Shown here in pieces: positions 60,301 through 64,000 of a DNA stretch of 64,000 bases. The first letter of the stretch is position 1. The number at the start of each line of letters is the position of its first letter. Location: assembly GCA_001244265.2 (NCBI GenBank), contig CDLV01000005.1, forward strand, positions 1,240,001 to 1,304,000. Direction: 5' to 3'. The notes under the pieces are model-generated. The model saw nothing but the letters and a program-made list of their open reading frames with translations, was not told the DNA's origin and ran no database searches. A program made the position numbers and the translations under genes. Origin of the DNA: Microbotryum violaceum (lineage: Eukaryota).

Positions 60301-63300
60301 TCATTGACTGACGTTCGCGTGGTCACTGGTGCAACAGGGCGAGCGTTCAACCACTTCACCTCGGTGACGCGTTTTGCCAAGGTGCTCTCATGACCGTCGT
60401 CGATGGGCTCGGCGCTCTGCCCTTGACCTCATCGATGTCTCGTGAGGGTCTCGATCGACTTCGGGTGGCGTGTTGGAGGTATCTCGAAACGCTCGTTAGC
60501 GTCACCGTGCCCCCCGAAGCTGTGCCGCTCGATGTGGTTGACTCGCCGACGACATTCGCGATCGGCCCCTTTGGAGTCGAGAAGGGCGCTCTGCCCTCGG
60601 TCTCCAACGGCCACTCGTTGCTCGCACCAACGGCCCGCCTTAACGCGATGCGACTTCTTCGCGCTCTCCAATTGAAGAAGCCCGTGCTGCTCGAAGGTAG
60701 TCCCGGTGTCGGCAAGACGAGTCTTGTAACCGCCATTGCGGCTGCAACCGGCCATCACCTCGTCCGTATCAATCTGTCCGACCAAACCGATCTGATGGAT
60801 CTGCTTGGCAGCGATCTCCCCGTCGAAGGTGGCCAATCGGGCCAGTTCGCTTGGAAGGACGCGCCATTTTTGGCCGCTATGCAAGCTGGTGACTGGGTCT
60901 TGCTGGACGAGATGAATCTTGCGTCTCAGTCGATTCTTGAAGGGCTCAACTCGTCGCTCGATCATCGAGGTGCCGTCTACATCCCCGAGCTCGATCGTAC
61001 GTTCGTTCGTCATCCCGACTTCCGCATCTTTGCTGCGCAAAACCCTCTTGGGCAAGGTGGAGGACGCAAAGGTCTCCCCAAGTCGTTCCTGGATCGATTC
61101 AGCATCGTTCACATGGAGGAACTCGACGCTGTGGACCTCGGGACGATCGCCGGCGCTCTTTACGACGGCATCAATTCAGTCTTGCTGAACAAGATGATCA
61201 GCTTCAACTCAACGATCCATCGCCAGACCATGCAATTGCGCTCGTTCGGAGCAGAGGGTTCGCCCTGGGAGTTCAACTTGCGGGACGTTCTTCGCTGGCT
61301 TGCGCTCGTACATCAGTCCGGAGGCCTCGATCTGCATCCCGGCAATCCGATCGAGTACGTCGGCCTCCTCTATGTGCAGCGATTTCGCAACGCCAAGGAT
61401 CGAGCCCATGTTGCGCGCATGTTCGAAGAGCACTTTGGCGTTTCGATCGACCCTTTGCTGCGCCCGACGCATCTCATCACCGACGGACAGCTCCGTATTG
61501 GGCATTCCTTTATCGAGCGATCGGATGGCGACGTCCTCGAGCGTTCAACGATCGCAAAACCGATACTGCAGCCGTACTTGCAGACTATGGAGGCGCTCGT
61601 CAAGTGCTTCGACATGCGCTGGCTCGCGATTCTTACGGGTCCGAAGGGCTGCGGCAAGACTTCGGTCGTCCGCCAGATCGCTTTCTTCAAGGGCGTCGTC
61701 CTGCGTGAGTTCTCGATGAGCGCTGAGGTCGATACTTTGGAGCTCTTGGGGTCATTCGAGCAGGCCGAGAGATCGCGCGAGCTTGAGAAGGTCGTCGTTG
61801 CCCTCGAGGCCGCGATGCGCGAGCAGCCTTCAACCTTCACTCCTACCTCGCTCGACATCCCCCCTCACGAGCTTTTGGTTCAACTCCGACAGCTTCGCGT
61901 GGACCTTGGATCAGCCGGTGCAGAGGTCTCGGCTCGGCTTGTCGTGTCCTCCCTCCAATCGCTTGCATCGGGTGCATCGGTCGAGACGACGGCGGTCCTT
62001 CACGACTTTGCCTCACAATTTGAACGCGCGATTGCTGTCACGTCGGTCGCGGCGCGCTTCGAGTGGATCGATGGACCGCTGGTGCAAGCGATGAAGCAAG
62101 GTCATTGGCTCTTGATCGAAGACGCCAACTTGTGCAGCCCCTCTGTCCTGGATCGACTCAACTCGTTGTTCGAACCCGAAGGCCGTCTTCAGCTCGCCGA
62201 GCGCGGCCCCGTCAACGGTGTCGTGCAGACTATCGCGCCTCACCCCGACTTCCGTTTGGTCATGTCGCTCGACCCTAGAAACGGAGAACTCTCGCGTGCC
62301 ATGCGCAACCGAGGCATCGAGATTGCCATGCTGCCCGTTGAAGCCGACTCTACTCTGCAAGAACGCCCCCGCTCGAGCACCGTCACCCCCTCGGAGTCTA
62401 TCGCCGACATGATCGAGATCGCCTCTCGTACGCAAGAGCTTTCGCCCCTGGTCGTGGCGCAGACGATGCTCTTGTACCTCAGCCCCTTCCAATTTGGGTC
62501 CGCCCTTCGACTCCTGCGCGCAACGAGACTTTGCGATGTTCCCCCAATCGAAGCTAGTATGCGTGGCATGGCGGCGCACCCACTCGTACCCGGTATTGTA
62601 GCTCGTCGGAACGCCACCGCTCTCCTGCAAGAGGTTCCTGCGCCTCTGCTCGCCCTCGAGCCGATCGATATATCGCTCGTGACGCATGAGGGCACTATCC
62701 AAACGCCCGCCAATTCGGTATTATCGCCGGCTTTGGATGCAGTGTGTTTACTCCTGCTGGTGTCGTCGAACCGCCCCGATCTGCTTTCGCACGTCTTGGC
62801 CAAGCCGAGGAAGAGTCTGAGCGCGTGGGAGCGCTCGCTGCTGGCTCTCCACGGCAAGATGCGACTCGATGAAGACGATGTTGCAACGGCGTCATTGGTT
62901 CCTGTATCGCATGCTTTGACCACTCTGGTGCGACATATGCTCGCCGCCGCCGTCGGAGATTCGACCTTTGAACAACAACAGGTAAGCTGCGGCCGCGCCA
63001 TACTGAGAGCAGGCCAATCCTTACTGACGATTGTGTCAAAATAACAGGAGTGTGTCGAACTTGGCAATCGACTCGGCAGATACGTCGCAGAGCTCGAGCA
63101 TGTTTGTTCAAGCTCAGCGCTCGATTTTTCGAGTATCCAACACGTTGCGGCGTGGATTGCTTCAGAAGTCGGACGAGCCCCTGTGGAGGCCTTCCCCAGC
63201 GCGGCTGCCGTCAAGACGGCACTGACCCCACTGCAGACCTCGCTGGCCCTCACTAGTGGCAAGGCGATGAACAATATTTGGAGGGCTTGCCTGCCTTTTG

Positions 63301-64000
63301 AACCGGCTTCGCCTGCAATCAACTCGGCGTATCGAGATCTGCTTGAGCGTGGCGCACGAACGGACGGGCCGGTTTGGGACCGCGCTCTCGTCGACCTGTT
63401 CCTCGAGATTGCGGTTGCTTTTGGGACTCCGCAATCGCAGCACGGTGTCGGATTCGAGGATGAGGCGTCTGTACTCGCGAGAAAACTCATTGCATCGCTA
63501 CCTCCCGTAACGACCAAAGGGAGCAGCCTCAAGGACGAAAGTACCGCGCTGGTGAACTCGTCTAATGCTGCGAGCGTGCTTGTTGCAGAGCTGGCTGCTG
63601 TTGCCAAGGTCATCACAAATGACTATTCAGTGAGCTTGCACTCTGGTGTTGATGGTGCTACTGGAGACCTACTGATGCGCCAAATGTGTGATAACAGCAT
63701 TCCGCCTCGACGAGCCTGATACGCGTTGTGCACAGGAGTCAAGCACTGTCTCTCGCAAGCATCGTCCCGATTCATCAGCTTGCGTCGTGGCCCCGAGAAT
63801 ATGGCGAGTAAATTTCGTCATCTGAACGATATGCCATCAGTGACTGATTGGTTCCGCCCCTGGCTTCCGATTACGCAGAGGGTGCCATCAGCAGCCAGTC
63901 ATCGGCCCAGTTCAAGACGTTGCTGCTGTGGAATGAGCACCTTGCACTTGGTCTTTCCCAAGTGAGCCCCTCGGATTACTTTGGCACATCAAAAAGCGCC
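54325..64000 (+). CDS. MDN1: Midasin (Rea1), dynein-related hexa-AAA+ ATPase for 60S maturation; runs off the 3' end of the window
   Basis: Six tandem AAA modules: SPPSSGKLS, VGETGTGKT/LLDEINLA, QGPTSAGKT/VLDELNLA, VGETGAGKT/LLDEISLA, EGSPGVGKT/LLDEMNLA, TGPKGCGKT/LIEDANL. Also GGDFGKKELSPALRNRFTEIW. Start codon approximate (ATG at 54151 is also in frame). Confidence 0.97.

Noticed and set aside
62240-63616. Long antisense ORFs (also 4248-5268, 24195-24842, 42982-44331, 55898-56491)
   Set aside because: Shadow frames of GC-rich real genes on the opposite strand, with no independent motifs.

Overview
Intron-rich, GC-rich fungal nuclear DNA. Gene content, short GT-AG introns with CTRAC/CTAAC branch sites and GTGCGT/GTTCGT-type donors suggest a basidiomycete yeast, probably Microbotryomycetes (inference). 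I assembled 18 spliced protein-coding loci by hand: F-box/JmjC protein, AreA/Gat1-type GATA factor, ornithine cyclodeaminase/mu-crystallin, Mob2, ZIP zinc transporter, Oma1, HAD hydrolase, caprin-like RGG protein, C2H2 transcription factor, HSDL2-like SDR, TPR protein, PCI/CSN12-like protein, signal peptide peptidase, YqeY/AIM41, Sec7-PH Arf-GEF, flavodoxin-like quinone reductase, a phenol hydroxylase pseudogene and the 5' part of midasin. Most notable observations: (1) the GATA gene has about 200 in-frame, protein-like codons before its first AUG, inside an ~840-nt stretch with no AUG in any frame, which points to a non-AUG-initiated extension; (2) the quinone reductase gene looks able to make a short form and a long Cys-Cys-tailed form; (3) the divergent phenol hydroxylase is broken by at least four lesions, and a 318-bp MITE-like element sits in the shared upstream region. 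No tRNA, rRNA or CRISPR array was seen. Exon boundaries were read by eye and need RNA support.
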